64,000 nt of DNA from Eledone cirrhosa (lineage: Eukaryota). The notes beneath the pieces were generated by a model that saw nothing but the letters and a program-made list of their open reading frames with translations, was not told where the DNA came from and ran no database searches. Within the stretch, counting starts at the first letter, position 1; each line of letters opens with the position of its first letter. The stretch is taken from positions 109,058,001 to 109,122,000 of the forward strand of contig OZ024740.1 of NCBI GenBank assembly GCA_964016885.1, given 5' to 3'. Shown piece by piece: positions 13,410-26,365 of this stretch. The position numbers and the translations under genes were made by a program.

Positions 13410-13607
13410 ATATATATATATACATATATTGTTTCAAGCTCGTTTTTAAGTTGCACTTTAAATGGTCAAGTGTAAATAATATGTTTGAAATTAATACACA
13501 TTTTATTTCCGGCACTTGTATGTCAGCTTATCAGTCAGTTTGTTTGTCAGCCTCTTTCTCTGTTTCCACACCCCACTCTCTTTGTATGTATGTATATATA
13601 TATATAT

Positions 13608-14702
13608 GATGGACTCTCCCGTCGATATCCGACATATGAGTGTCCAAAAGTTCAGCTATCTGGATGGCGGAGTCTCATGTGACATTTCAATGCCGCCAGT
13701 GACCCATAGACCAAGCCACATAGGTCGCAAGAGCAAGAGTTTATGGAGAGTCTTGCAGGTATCAACGCCCGTTGCTGCATCCCTATTCAGTCAACACGTA
13801 ATTTCTCTATGCGACTGAATTCAAAGCTCTTAATCGCACTATGGCACCTTTCTCTCCAGTCCTTTCTGTGAACAGCAATTTGTTCGCAATCATGGAAAGG
13901 GATTGGAAGAGCAGTGAGATTTGATTTTAACTTATCCTTATATTGTAGGCATGGTCTACCAACCATCCTGTTGCCGCTCCTAAGCTGACCATACACAAGG
14001 AATTTTGGTATCTGTCGTCACTCATGCGGAAGACATAGCCAGCCCAACGAAGTTGAGATTGCATAAGGAAAGTTTCAATTCCCCCAATGTTGCATTTGGT
14101 TAGGATATCGGCGTTGGAAATTTTATCTTCTTGTACATAACGACAGTTGGATCTCAAACATCCCTTGTGGAACACATCCAGCTGGTTTATGTGTGACCGG
14201 CATGGTGTCCAGGATTCTGATCCATAAAGCAAAGCACTTTCGTATTTAGTTTTACACCCTTTTCATTCCAAAGACGATGATTGAGTTTACCAAACACAGA
14301 GGAAGCTTTGGAGATGCGGTTGGTGACTTCGTCATCAAGGGAAGCACTGTGGTTCACCTTGCTTCCTAAGTATGTGAAATTATCAACATATTTGAGTTGT
14401 TTGTCCTCTACCATGATTCTGTTAGGTGGAATTCCATGTGGAATTCCGGTGGTTTCTGCTTCACACCTTTTATGGTTTCGGAAGGACGAGGTTGATGTAC
14501 GACCGCAGTTTTCTTAACGCTGATAGTTAGGCCGAAGGCTTTGCATGCAGCAGAAAAACAATTGACCAAATGCTGAGCATCTTTGAATGAATTTGCGACA
14601 AGTGCAGCATTATCAGCAAAGAGGAGATAACGGGTGGTATCAGTTCGGAGGGATGTTTTTGCTTGGAAACGCTAGTGGTTGAACAGACCTCCTGTTGCGC
14701 GA
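13608..14702 (-). mobile_element. RTE-BovB-like LINE fragment, decayed
   Basis: Fragments LKYVDNFTYLGS, LYGSESWT, QLRWAGYVFRM and GRP; terminal C2H2 CDLCGLVYGSLAALKCHMRLRH read at about 13660-13730. Confidence 0.9.
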
Positions 14703-14710
14703 AATATACA

Positions 14711-14760
<50 letters not shown>

Positions 14761-14782
14761 TGTATGTATATATATATATATA

Positions 14783-15454
14783 TGTAGGAGGTGAGTTTTA
14801 TTGTAGTACAATAAAGCAATGCAGATATCGGATAAGAAGCACTCTACAGTTTGTAGGACTGGAGTATACATAATATATAAAATCAAAAAATGGTTAAATG
14901 AGTTCCATGTATTTTATTATGCGCATTTCAAAAACAAATTATTAAACCCTTAAATGTTATATTTAATACATATTAACAATTTCTTTTCATCGCACATATT
15001 ATTAAACCCTTCAATATACAAACCTTAACTTTACATTATTTTTCTCTTCGTTAATTTTCAAATTCTTTTAATTTATACATTATCTTCCAACGGTTTTTCA
15101 ACCTTCTCAGTTATAAAAGCTATCTCTCTCTCTCTCTCTCTCTCTCAGCCTTCTCTCCTCCTTCCTCATTATACTCCTCCCCCTCCACGTTTTACTCTCA
15201 TCTCCTCCACTTTTTCATTCTTTCACCCCCCCCCCCCAAAAAAAAATGTTTTCCCCAATATCACACATCAATCTAAAACTACTTTTCATATGTTGATTTA
15301 AAACTGCACTATCCACAAGTGTTTTTAACCTTCATATCATGTCCTCCTATTTTATCTGATGAAAACACAAATGTTATTGCATGATGATATTTGTTTTTGA
15401 AATGCGCATAATAAAATACTTGGAACTCATTTAACCATCTTTTGATCTTATATA

Positions 15455-15455
<1 letters not shown>
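14783..15455 (+). mobile_element. Penelope-like element terminus with 5' inverted segment (family H1)
   Basis: 14783-14938 is an inverted copy of the terminus seen at 45775-45930; the sense part ends in a hammerhead; flanked by (TA)n; a further inverted partial copy lies at 15790-15878. Confidence 0.75.
15348..15418 (+). ncRNA. Type-I minimal hammerhead ribozyme
   Basis: Stem I TATTTTAT/ATAAAATA; core CTGATGA 15356-15362; ~15-bp stem II; GAAA 15399-15402; palindromic stem III ATGCGCAT; AUA cleavage triplet. Confidence 0.8.
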
Positions 15456-15790
<335 letters not shown>

Positions 15791-15872
15791 ATAAGATCAA
15801 AAGATGGTTAAATGAGTTCCATGTATTTTATTATGCGCATTTCAAAAACAAATATCATCATGCAATAACATT

Positions 15873-15951
<79 letters not shown>

Positions 15952-15981
15952 GTATATATATATATGTGTATATATATATAT

Positions 15982-16520
15982 ATAAAATATTAAAAAAATA
16001 ATGAATAAAACAATGAAACAGTTCCTTATATTAAACAAAAAAAGTTCATTATTTAACGATCGTTTCTAGGACATATATGTGTTAGAATTGGCATGCATAT
16101 TCAGCAGATCTATGTACAAAATTATACAAAATTATACAAACTATCAAATTTAATATACATACCAACACATATATATGCCGTCTTCAGAAATAATTCGGCA
16201 TATATATGTGTTGGTATGTATATTAAATTTGATAGTTTGTATAATTTTGTACATAGATCTGTTGAATATGCATGCCAATTCTAACACATATATGTCCTAG
16301 AAACGATCGTTAAATAATGAACTTTTTTTGTTTAATATAAGGAACTGTTTCATTGTTTTATTCATTATCTTTTTAATATTTTATCTTGACTCTGTATTCC
16401 GTTTATCTTTCACCGAAAGTGATTTTTGAATGCATCTCTTCTTTCCATGATATCCGGATTACATTGAGTTCTTCATACGGATTGGACACTACCGTAAACT
16501 CTTGGTAGATTTATCTACAT
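15982..16520. mobile_element. Fold-back PLE-like terminus (family H2)
   Basis: Near-perfect inverted arms 15982-16180 and 16196-16384 with a 15-nt spacer, then a ~135-nt unique tail; (TA)n on both sides. Confidence 0.7.
16048..16194 (-). ncRNA. Hammerhead-like ribozyme with very long stem II
   Basis: Minus strand: ATTATTT-CTGAAGA-[~114-nt hairpin]-GAAA-CGATCG-TT-AAATAAT; 7-bp stem I; palindromic stem III; GUU triplet; C-A opposition at the base of stem II. Confidence 0.6.
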
Positions 16521-16542
16521 ATATATATATATATACATATAA

Positions 16543-16591
<49 letters not shown>

Positions 16592-16593
16592 TG

Positions 16594-16639
<46 letters not shown>

Positions 16640-16696
16640 CATATATATATTTATACATATATATATTTATACATATATATATTTATATGTATATAT

Positions 16697-16729
<33 letters not shown>

Positions 16730-16732
16730 CAC

Positions 16733-16767
<35 letters not shown>

Positions 16768-16794
16768 CATACATATATATATATATACATACAC

Positions 16795-16825
<31 letters not shown>

Positions 16826-16833
16826 CATACATA

Positions 16834-16899
<66 letters not shown>

Positions 16900-17105
16900 C
16901 ATATATATATACATATATATATATACATATATATATATATACATATATATATACATATATATATATACATATATATATATATACATATATATATACATAT
17001 ATACATATATATATACATATATATATATACATATATATATATACATACATATATATATATACATATATACATACATATATATATATACATATATACATAC
17101 ATATA

Positions 17106-17184
<79 letters not shown>

Positions 17185-17265
17185 TATACATACATATATA
17201 TATATATATATACATACATATATATATATATATACATATATATACATACATATATATACATATAT

Positions 17266-17304
<39 letters not shown>

Positions 17305-17310
17305 TATATA
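16519..17310. repeat. Long (TA)n/(TACA) microsatellite array
   Basis: About 790 bp of TA-rich low-complexity sequence. Confidence 0.95.
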
Positions 17311-17478
17311 ATTAATAAATCTGTACTCCAATGTTACTAGGTAGTCGCATTGGATGGAGTCAACCGACGTCGGAGATTGCTCAACGTATAATAAAATATA
17401 ATAAAATATGCTTTAAAATCCGGAGAAAATATGAAGAAGAAGTTTATGAAACGGAAATGCGGGTATAAAGAATTTACT

Positions 17479-17595
17479 AGGTAACAATTGTTTCTATAGT
17501 GTGTGGGTTACCTATACCTTGCTATTTGTATAATATAAAAATATTATCATAAATCGTAGGTACACTGTAAGAGAACACACCATGTCGTCAGACCT
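17479..17595 (-). ncRNA. Hammerhead-like ribozyme with long stem II
   Basis: Minus strand: AGGT-CTGACGA-CATGGTGTGT...ACACACTATA-GAAA-CAATTG-TT-ACCT; palindromic stem III ACAATTGT; stem I only 4 bp. Confidence 0.55.
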
Positions 17596-18028
17596 TTATG
17601 GTAGAATGATAGGAGAATATTTTATACACTAGATATGTGAGAAAGTAGGAGGTAGGAAGGGAAGAGGAAGAGGGAAGCGAGTAAGGGGGAGGTAGTCTTA
17701 GGATTCAAGACTTTCAGAGTAGTAGAGATTGTATAGAAGAAAATGTTTTGGCAGCAGTTAGCTAAATGAGGCGTGTTAGGGTTGGCGGGGGAAGTAAATT
17801 CTTCTAGTGGTGTTTGGACAAAATTTAGTTAAAGGGGTCAATGTAATACAGAATTATAGACAAGTCATTGGGGCTATTATAGTAGCAGGATATTTCTAAA
17901 GGGGTAAAAAAAAGTGTTTAGTGCTATTATTATAAAAAGCGATATCGTGTGTATAAACATATAAAAATATGAAATAAAAATAATAAAAATTTGCAAATGG
18001 TGGTGTAAAAAGATAACATTATATGCAT

Positions 18029-18334
18029 TTAAAAAAAGGAAAAAGTCGTTTTTAAACGATGGTTACAGTAAAGTGAACGTTCAATTTTGCTGTTCAAAAG
18101 TTTGTTTTCCGACGTTAAAATGCAGTATATCTCCATATTGCATAATTTACAAAATCGGTGATTTTGCTAATATGCTGGCGCAACTTCAATAATTTGCCAA
18201 TCAAGGGAGAATGCTTGATTGTTCTTCCGAAGCTGCCAGGCTTTATCGGCGAGGGTTGTTACGGAGCGCATTTTCTCATGCTTGATCGAAGATCGATGTT
18301 GGTATAGGCGAGCTTTGAAAGATGTTGCGGTACA
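18029..18334 (-). pseudogene. GIY-YIG endonuclease C-terminal fragment of a PLE (Naiad/Chlamys-like pattern)
   Basis: Manual translation CTATSFKARLYQHRSSIKHEKMRSVTTLADKAWQLRKNNQAFSLDWQIIEVAPAY*QNHRFCKLCNMEIYCILTSENKLLNSKIERSLYCNHRLKTTFSFF*; FKxRxxxH, CxLCxxE and LNxxxE..CxH motifs; one in-frame TAG at 18167-18169. Confidence 0.75.
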
Positions 18335-18338
18335 TTAC

Positions 18339-19010
18339 AATAGTAATATACGTGAACGGCAAAGCATAAACGAACTAAGGGAAAAATTAGAAATAAGAGG
18401 GATCAGATGTTGTTTACTCGAGAGAAGGCTACGTTGGTATGGTCACGTGATGCGCATGAAAGACGACAGCTGTATAAAAAAGTGCAGGGCAATAAAGATA
18501 GACGGTAGCCACGGAGTAGGCAGACCCAGAAAAACCTGGGACGACCTGATAAATTCCGACCTCACATACTTACATCTCTCCAAGACAATGTCACTGGACC
18601 GAGATCTTTGGCGGTACTCAGTAATAGAGAAGACCCGCCTTACCTAAATACAAAGTAAAACCTACTACAGTCAGTAGGCATCTCTAACAAAATACCCCGC
18701 CCCTTTCAATGTAAAGTTATGTTGGTGCCACAACATCCAGGCCGAAACAAATGAGATCGTGTAGGTGTCACGACAAAAAAACACACAGTCCACGCTGTAA
18801 TGTGGCCGTGTAGGCAACACGGTAAAAACCTCCCAGTCCCACACTGTAAATGTGGTTGGTGTTAGGAAGGGCATCCAGCTGTAGAAAACCCGCCAGACAG
18901 TCCTATGCGAGCAATGACAACCACTCTTGCCTCAAGTGGGAAAACTCCCGTCCAAACCCATGCAAGCGTGGAACATGGACGTTAAACGATGATGATGATG
19001 ATGATGATGA
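18339..19010 (+). mobile_element. RTE-clade LINE, 5'-truncated 3' end
   Basis: Nearly identical to 9150-9863; RRLRWYGHVMRM; (GAT)n tail. Confidence 0.92.
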
Positions 19011-19025
19011 TATATATATATACAC

Positions 19026-19092
<67 letters not shown>

Positions 19093-19096
<4 letters not shown>

Positions 19097-21466
19097 CAGG
19101 AGGAGAGTAACTTGGTGGTGGAACAGTAAGGTAGAACAGACAATCAAGACCAAAATGCAGGCTTGGAAAGTATGGCAGGATGGGGGAAGTAGAGAGCACT
19201 ATCAAGTGGCCAAAAAAAAAGCTAGGAGACAAGTGTACCTTGTAAAAAGGGAAGCAGAGGATAGAAAGTTCAAGCATGTTCTACAACGCGAGGACCAAAA
19301 ACGCAAGGTGTTCGGGATTGCTAGACAATGTGTCAAGGAAAACCATGATATTATTGGAGGGAAGTGTGTCCGTAATGATAACGGTGTACTTGCCCTCACT
19401 GATGCTGATAAGAAGATAGCCTGGAAGTGTCACTACGAGAGACTATTAAATGAGGAGAATAAGTGGGAAAAAGATAGTCTGCCCCAAATCGTTCCAATAA
19501 AAGGACCAGCGGTGCAAGTTAAAGGTAGTATAATAAGTAAGGCAATCTAAGATATGAAGACAGGCAAGGCAGCTGGGCCTTCAGAGATAGTTGCTGAGAT
19601 GTTGAAGGCATCTGGTATGGTGGGACATACTATGGTCACCAGTATAGTTAACCAAGTAATACAGAATGGGGTCATACCAAAAGACTGGCGTAGCAGCATC
19701 ATCATTAACTGCTACAAGGGTAAAGGAGATGCTCTAGATAGAGAAAACTATAGAGGCATTAAGTTAGTTGACCAGATCATGAAGGTCACAGAAAGAGTTA
19801 TAGCGCAACTAATCAGAGAGCGAATTGATCTAGATGAAATGCAGTTTGAGTTTGTGTCAGGTAAAAGTAACACAGACGCTCTTTTCCTTGTACGACAACT
19901 ACAAGAGAAGTACCTAGCTAAAAGTAAACCCCTCTACTTAGCTTTTGTAGACCTGGAAAAAGCCTTTGACAGAGTCCCCCGTTCCATTATCTGGTGGGCT
20001 CTTAGAAAACTAGGTGTAGATGAATGGCTTGTGAGAGCTATACAAGTTATGCATAATGAAACAGTCAGTAAGGTTAGAATTAACAATGAATATTGTGAAG
20101 AATTTAGTGTAAAAGTTGGTATTCACCAAGGCTCTGTCCTTAGCCCCCTCCTATTTATTATTGCCCTTCAGGCTATAACAGAGGAGTTCAAGACCGGCTG
20201 CCCATGGGAACTCCTATACGCAGATGATCTAACGCTTCGCTCATAGCTGAATCAATTGGCTGAACTAGAAAAGAAATTCCAAACATGGAAGCATGGCCTA
20301 GAATCAAAAGGCCTTAAAGTTAACTTGTCTAAGACTAAAGTTCTAGTTTGTAGAAAGGAAAATAAGGCACAGGTACCCTCAGGGAAATGGCCTTGCTCAG
20401 TATGTAGGAAAGGAGTAGGCAGAAATTCAATTTTATGTCTCAAATGCAAAGTATGGGTACATAAAAGATGTAGTGGGATCACAGGTAAACTATCTAAGAA
20501 TGTAGACTTTATATATGGCCGATGCTCAGGTGCAATAGGTAGCAAGTGTCCACAGGATACTAGCCCCTTCTATTGCCCAGATGGTTCTATAGAAATAGTA
20601 GACACTTTCCGTTACCTGGGTGACGAAATCAGCAGTAGTGGAGGTTGTTCTGAAAATACCGTAGCCAGAGTCAGAATGGGATGGAAAAAGTTCAGAGAGC
20701 TTATACCACTGTTGGCCACAAAAGGTTTCTCTCTAAAAATGAAAGGCAGATTGTATGATGCTTGTATACAAACAGCAATGCTACATGGCAGTGAGACATG
20801 GGCATTACATGCAGAGGACCTGCGTAGACTGGAAAGGAACGAAGCATGCATGCTCCGTTGGATGTGTAGTAGTAGTAATATAAGTGAACGGCAAAGCATA
20901 AATGAAATTAGGAATAAGAGGGATCAGATGCTGTTTACTCGAGAGAAGACTACGTTGGTATGGCCACGTGATGCGCATGAAAGACGACAGCTGTATAAAA
21001 AAGTGCAGAGCGATCAAAATGGATGGTAGTTACGGAGTAGGTAGACCCAGAAAAACCTAGGACGATCTGATAAATTCCGACCTTATACACTTGCACCTCT
21101 CTAAGACAATGTCACTGGACAGATCTTTGGCGCTAGGCAGTAATACAGAAAACCCGCCTTGTCTATGTACAAACCGAAACCTACAGTCAGTAGGCACCTC
21201 TTAACCAAATATACACCCCAATCCACTACCTCTACCCTATCCTCCCACTCCCACCAACACCACCCACTCTATAAAGTTGGTACCACAACATCCACTCCAA
21301 ATAAATGAGATAAATGAGATCGAGATCGAGATCGTGTAGGTGTCACAAGAAAAAAACACACAGTCCACGCTGTAATGTGGTCGTGTAGGTAAGACGGTAA
21401 AAAGTTCCCAGTTCCACCCTCTAAATGTGGTTGGTGTTAGGAAGGACATCCAGCCGTAGATAGAAA
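19093..21466 (+). mobile_element. RTE-clade LINE with full RT domain, decayed
   Basis: ORFs 19155-19550, 19554-20246 ([38 protein letters not shown]) and 20256-21029 (PHD-like, YLG); stops and frameshifts; 3' UTR truncated. Confidence 0.95.
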
Positions 21467-21752
21467 ACCTATATATTGTTTCACCTCAATTGGCTCTGCT
21501 TTCTTCAACATCACACCAGGACACGTCAAAACAGAAACTGACCACACAAAATTCAAGAAGTCTTTGGACAAATTCCTCCAAGTAATCCCGGACAAACCAC
21601 CCACATCCGGATATGTCTCCGCAAACAGTAATTCTCTTCTCGAATGGGCCATGGTGCCCAAATCCTGAATTGAAAGACATCGCTAGGTGGTGCTATTAAG
21701 TTAGACATGGCCTGGGCCAATACTGGCCAAAACATTTCAAAGTTATTCAAAG

Positions 21753-21755
<3 letters not shown>
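21467..21755 (+). mobile_element. CR1-group LINE 3' end
   Basis: Manual translation [56 protein letters not shown]; short repeated tail TTCAAAGTTA x2. Confidence 0.65.
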
Positions 21756-21789
<34 letters not shown>

Positions 21790-21872
21790 TATATAAAAAC
21801 ATATATATATATATAAATACATATATATATGTACATATATACATATATATATGTACATACATATATATATAT

Positions 21873-22080
21873 ACAACTCCCACCCCATTTTCGCTATATG
21901 TCTCTCCACCACTCCCCTACACACCCTTTGAACTCTCTTCCCACACACTTTTCACCTGAAGAAGGGCTTATGCCCGAAACGTCGTTCCCCACCACCACTC
22001 CACTCTCCAGAGCGTGAAATTAATAAACATTCGTTGTACTGCCTCTCTGTTTTGTTCCTGTTCAAATTTTCCATTATGTA
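21873..22080 (+). mobile_element. PLE terminus with compact hammerhead-like motif (21956-21983)
   Basis: CTGAAGA-AGGGC-TTAT-GCCC-GAAACGTC followed by AATAAA; flanked by TA-rich microsatellite; stem I weak. Confidence 0.6.
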
Positions 22081-22184
22081 CATATATATATATATACAAA
22101 TACATATATATATGTACATATATATATATATATACAAATACATATATATATGTACATATATATATATACAAATACATATATATA

Positions 22185-22255
<71 letters not shown>

Positions 22256-22277
22256 ATATGCATATATATATATATGC

Positions 22278-23982
22278 TGCTCTACCTGGCATTCGTCGAT
22301 CTGGAAAAAGCCTTCGACAGAGTCCCCCGTCCTGTAATCCGGTGGGCTCTATACATGGCTTGTGAAAGCTGTACAAGCCATGTATAGAGGAGCAGTCAAC
22401 AAAGTTAGGGTTAGAAATGACTATAGCGGGGAATTTAGCATACAGGTCGGTGTCCACCAGGGCTCTGTTCTTAGCCTTCTCCTGTTCATTATAGTTTTGC
22501 AGGTAATAATGGAGGAGTTTAAGACCGGATGCCCATGGGAACTCCTATAGGCGGATGATCTCGCACTTATAGCTAAATCTATGGTGGAACTAGAGAAGGA
22601 ATTCCAAACATGGAAGCAGAGACTAGAATGAAAGGGACTCAGAGTCAACCTGACTAAGACTAAGGTCCTCATAAGTAGATGGGGTTGATTTAATTGACAT
22701 TCCCCTCCCACCAAATTGTTGGCCTTGTGCCTAAACCTAAATCAGAAAAGATTATTAAGTTGATGTTTGGAACTTTACTAAACAAAAATTTCTTAAGTAA
22801 AAATAAATTATGATAGATGAGAAAACAGAACCCAGATCCCCTCAGGGAAATGGCCTTGCTCATTATGTAGGAAAGGTGTAGGTAGGAACTCCATCCTCTT
22901 CCCCAAATGCAAACAATGGGTACACAAGAGATGTAGTGGGAGCTCAGGAAGCTTAACTAAGAATGTAGGCTTCATATGTAGCAGCTGCGCTGGGACAGCA
23001 AGCAGCAAACGACCACAGGAAATAAGCACCACCAAACTCTGGGAGAGCTCTGTAGAAACAGTAGACAGCTTCTGCTACCTAGGTGACCGAATTAGCAGTG
23101 GAGGTGGGTGTTCGGAAAGTACAATAACTACGGTAAGAACAGGATGGAAGAAGTTCAGGGAGCTACTGCCACTGCTAGCTGCAAAAGGCTTTTCCCTCAA
23201 AATGAAAGGCAGACTGTATGATGCATGAATACGAACAGCAATGTTACATGGTAGTGAGATCTGGGCGCTCTCTGTAGAAGACTTGCACAGATTAGAAAGA
23301 AACGAAGCTTGCATGCTCCGATGGATGTGTAATAGTAATATACGCGAACGGCAAAACATAAACGAATTGAGAGAAAGACTGAGCATAAGAGGAATCAAAT
23401 GCTGTGTGCAGGAGAGGAGGTTGCGTTGGTATGGACATGTGATGCGTATGAAGGATGACAGCTGCATAAAAAGGTGTAGAGCACTAGAAGTCGATGGAAG
23501 CTGCAGAGTGGGGAGACCCAAGACCTGGGATGAGGTGATAAAAGCCGACCTTACCCAATTGCACCTCTCAAGGGCGATGACACACGACCGCGACCTCTGG
23601 CGTCATGCAGTAATACAGAAGACCCGACTTCCCACGGATACAAGCCGAAGCTGAAGCATATAGACAATATGCCTCCCCATCCACTGCAAAGTGGTCGTGG
23701 AGGTGCCATGGCAAAAAAGCAGCCAGCCCACACTGTAAAGTGGATGTGTAGGCGCCATGGAAAAAAAGCACCCAGCACTCACTGTAAATGAGGTTGGTGT
23801 TACTAAGGGCATCCAGCTGTAGAAATCAACCCAGAATCAGTTCCCATATGGGCAAGACAATGTCACCTTACTGGACACTGCCCACAACAGGACAACCTGT
23901 CTATCCCATGCTAGCGTGGAAGAACGGATGTAAAACGGTGATGATGAACCCATGCTAGCGTGGAAGAATGGACGTAAAACGG

Positions 23983-24013
<31 letters not shown>
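22278..24013 (+). mobile_element. RTE-clade LINE (related subfamily), decayed, with nested SINE fragment at about 22680-22760
   Basis: [31 protein letters not shown] and RRLRWYGHVMRM; duplicated terminal ~44 bp and (GAT)n tail. Confidence 0.9.
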
Positions 24014-24014
<1 letters not shown>

Positions 24015-25799
24015 TATATATATGTGTATATATGTGTGTATATATATATATGTATAAATATGTGTGTATATATATATATATATAAGCACACACAACATAC
24101 ACACAATATATATACATCTATCATCATCATTTAACATTTTCCCTGCTAGCAAGAGCTGGAAGCATCTTCACAGACCAAGTCAGTACTCAAGCAGGGCTAG
24201 TAGCCTCTCAAATGGGTTGGGAGCCTGCATCTCGCTTACATATGGTCCTGTGTTTTACTAAATGCATTTTATCATGAAACCAGCACTAGAGAGATTGTCA
24301 CGTCTTTTGACACATCTGATGACTCCTCTCAATGACTATATATTTAATTTAACACTTCATATAGAAAGAAAAATGTTTTAATGTTTCGGATGTCAGTCCT
24401 GCATTAGAAGATAGATTGAGAGAGAAGAAATAGAAAGATAGTTGAGGGTAAGCAGGAGAGACAAGCTGTCAGGTTGCTATTTCAATGGAATGTTACTTAG
24501 AAAAAAAAAGAACTTTAATTATCATAATAGTTGTTAAAAAAATTTAGACATATTGATTTATTTAAATACTTAAAAAATGATGAGTGAAAGGTTTGTTGTT
24601 GGCAAATACATGAGGCATAGAGAATATATGCCATAGTTTAAGAGTTTCTCTTTTTTTTTAAATATAGAAACTAATCTGAATGTAAAGGGATAATAACTAA
24701 CTTAATCCTCTGCTTGACTTAAGTATTATTATTTCATTGATTCAGACAGAACAAGGGATAATAATATTGTGAAAGGGAGCAGTGGTAAAGATAGGAAGAA
24801 GAAATTACTGAAAGAATAGTAAAATCTGACAGGAAGAAGGGAAAAGAGGAAGAAGATGAGGAGTAGAGTATAGATTATTACTACAAATATCATTGAGTAT
24901 TTCTGGTGATGGCATAATGTTATGGTGGTATATAGTAAAACAGAACAAAATATGTTTCTTGACTTAATGATTCGGCAATCAAACAAGTAAAATGATACAT
25001 GATAAAAACTAGAGTATAAAATATTTATGGCAATGTTTCAGTGTTGTTAGAATAGAGATGAGTAAAATATATCATTATCATCACACTAATTACCACCCTC
25101 CTTATTACTGCCATCATAACCACCACCATATGTCCAGTTTTAAAAGTTGGTATAGGTTGGACGTCATTCCCAACAAGGCAACGAGAAACCAGCAATGCAG
25201 CAAACCATAATGAACCACTTCATTTGTAGGGAGATAAAAAAAGAAAAAGACAAAAAGATGTTGCCCTTGAAATCAGAAAACGATCAGCAAGAGGATTTAA
25301 AAGAATTAAGATTATATCTATCAGTGAAACAAGAAGGAAGAGTTTCATAAGAATTATCATTAGAAAATAGGAACATTTTTCAAATTTTGATTATAACAAG
25401 CCAGCCTTCTTAGTGTTAGTGCTACTATAAAATGTACTCAGTATATTTTATGAAGTGGTAGGTATTTAGTTGGTAACAACAAAGACCTAACAAACTCTCT
25501 AGTGGTGCTATGAGAAAATGTTCCCATCATATTCTGTAAAGTAGTTGACAGTTAGGAGGTGCATCTAGCCATAAAAACCATTCCATAGACATTGCTCATG
25601 ATTTTTAAAATAATCAAGAATGTTGAGGGATTTGGAGATATAACTGATATTCTTATTATTAAGCTAGTATTTGGAATATAACTTAACAAAAGTTGTTACA
25701 TAAAATTATGATGGAAAGTTTTTTTTAGATGAATATAAACTCTTTAAAACAAATAGTTTTTTTTGTCATAGAACCAGGTGGTATAAAATTTAAAGCTTC

Positions 25800-26365
25800 T
25801 CAGCAGGAAACCAAATTAAGTACACAAATTGCAGGAGTTGGTACAGTGATGCGGCAACTTCAGCATTCAGTAAACAGAAGGGAGGTAGGAATAAAAGCCA
25901 AACTCACTATCTTCAACTTGGTATTCGTGCCGACCCTTATCTATGGCCATGAATATGATCACAAATACAAGCAGCCAAAATGGGGTTCTTCCGAAGGGTC
26001 TTTGGAGTAATATTGCTCGCTAGAGTGTGTAGCTTGGAGAACAGAGAGTCACTCCAGGTAGAGTTGCTACTTCTCTGTATTGGAAGATCACAGTTCCAAT
26101 AATATGGGCATGTGGAATGCCTCAGGCAAGAATCGCTGGACAGATTTTACGAGCAAAACCAACCAGCAGGAGACCCAGGGGTAGATCCCAAGCAAGATGG
26201 TTGGATAACATCTATGAGCTTGGCTGGTCTCGCTTGGGGATCCAGCCGGATCAGCTGGAGACGGTTGCTTCTGACAGGACCTGTTGGAAGGAGTGTTTGA
26301 GAACTTTGCTCTCACAACCCTCTCAGGAATAAGTGGGCAAAGAAGAAGAAGAAAAAAAGAAGAAA
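25800..26365 (+). mobile_element. Old RTE-clade LINE 3' fragment (different family)
   Basis: KLTIFNLVFVPTLIYGHE and MPQARIAGQILRAKPTSRRPRGRSQARW; (GAA)n tail. Confidence 0.75.

Larger units (their letters stand above)
17311..18336 (-). mobile_element. Penelope-like element remnant (GIY-YIG C-half, 3' UTR, hammerhead-bearing terminus)
   Basis: Minus-strand endonuclease-like frame 18334-18029 followed by a hammerhead at 17595-17479; ends in (TA)n; cut at its 5' side by the RTE at 18339. Confidence 0.75.

Noticed and set aside
18167-18169. In-frame stop in the GIY-YIG remnant as a possible selenocysteine codon
   Set aside because: The codon is TAG, not TGA, and is not at a Cys-motif position; best read as decay
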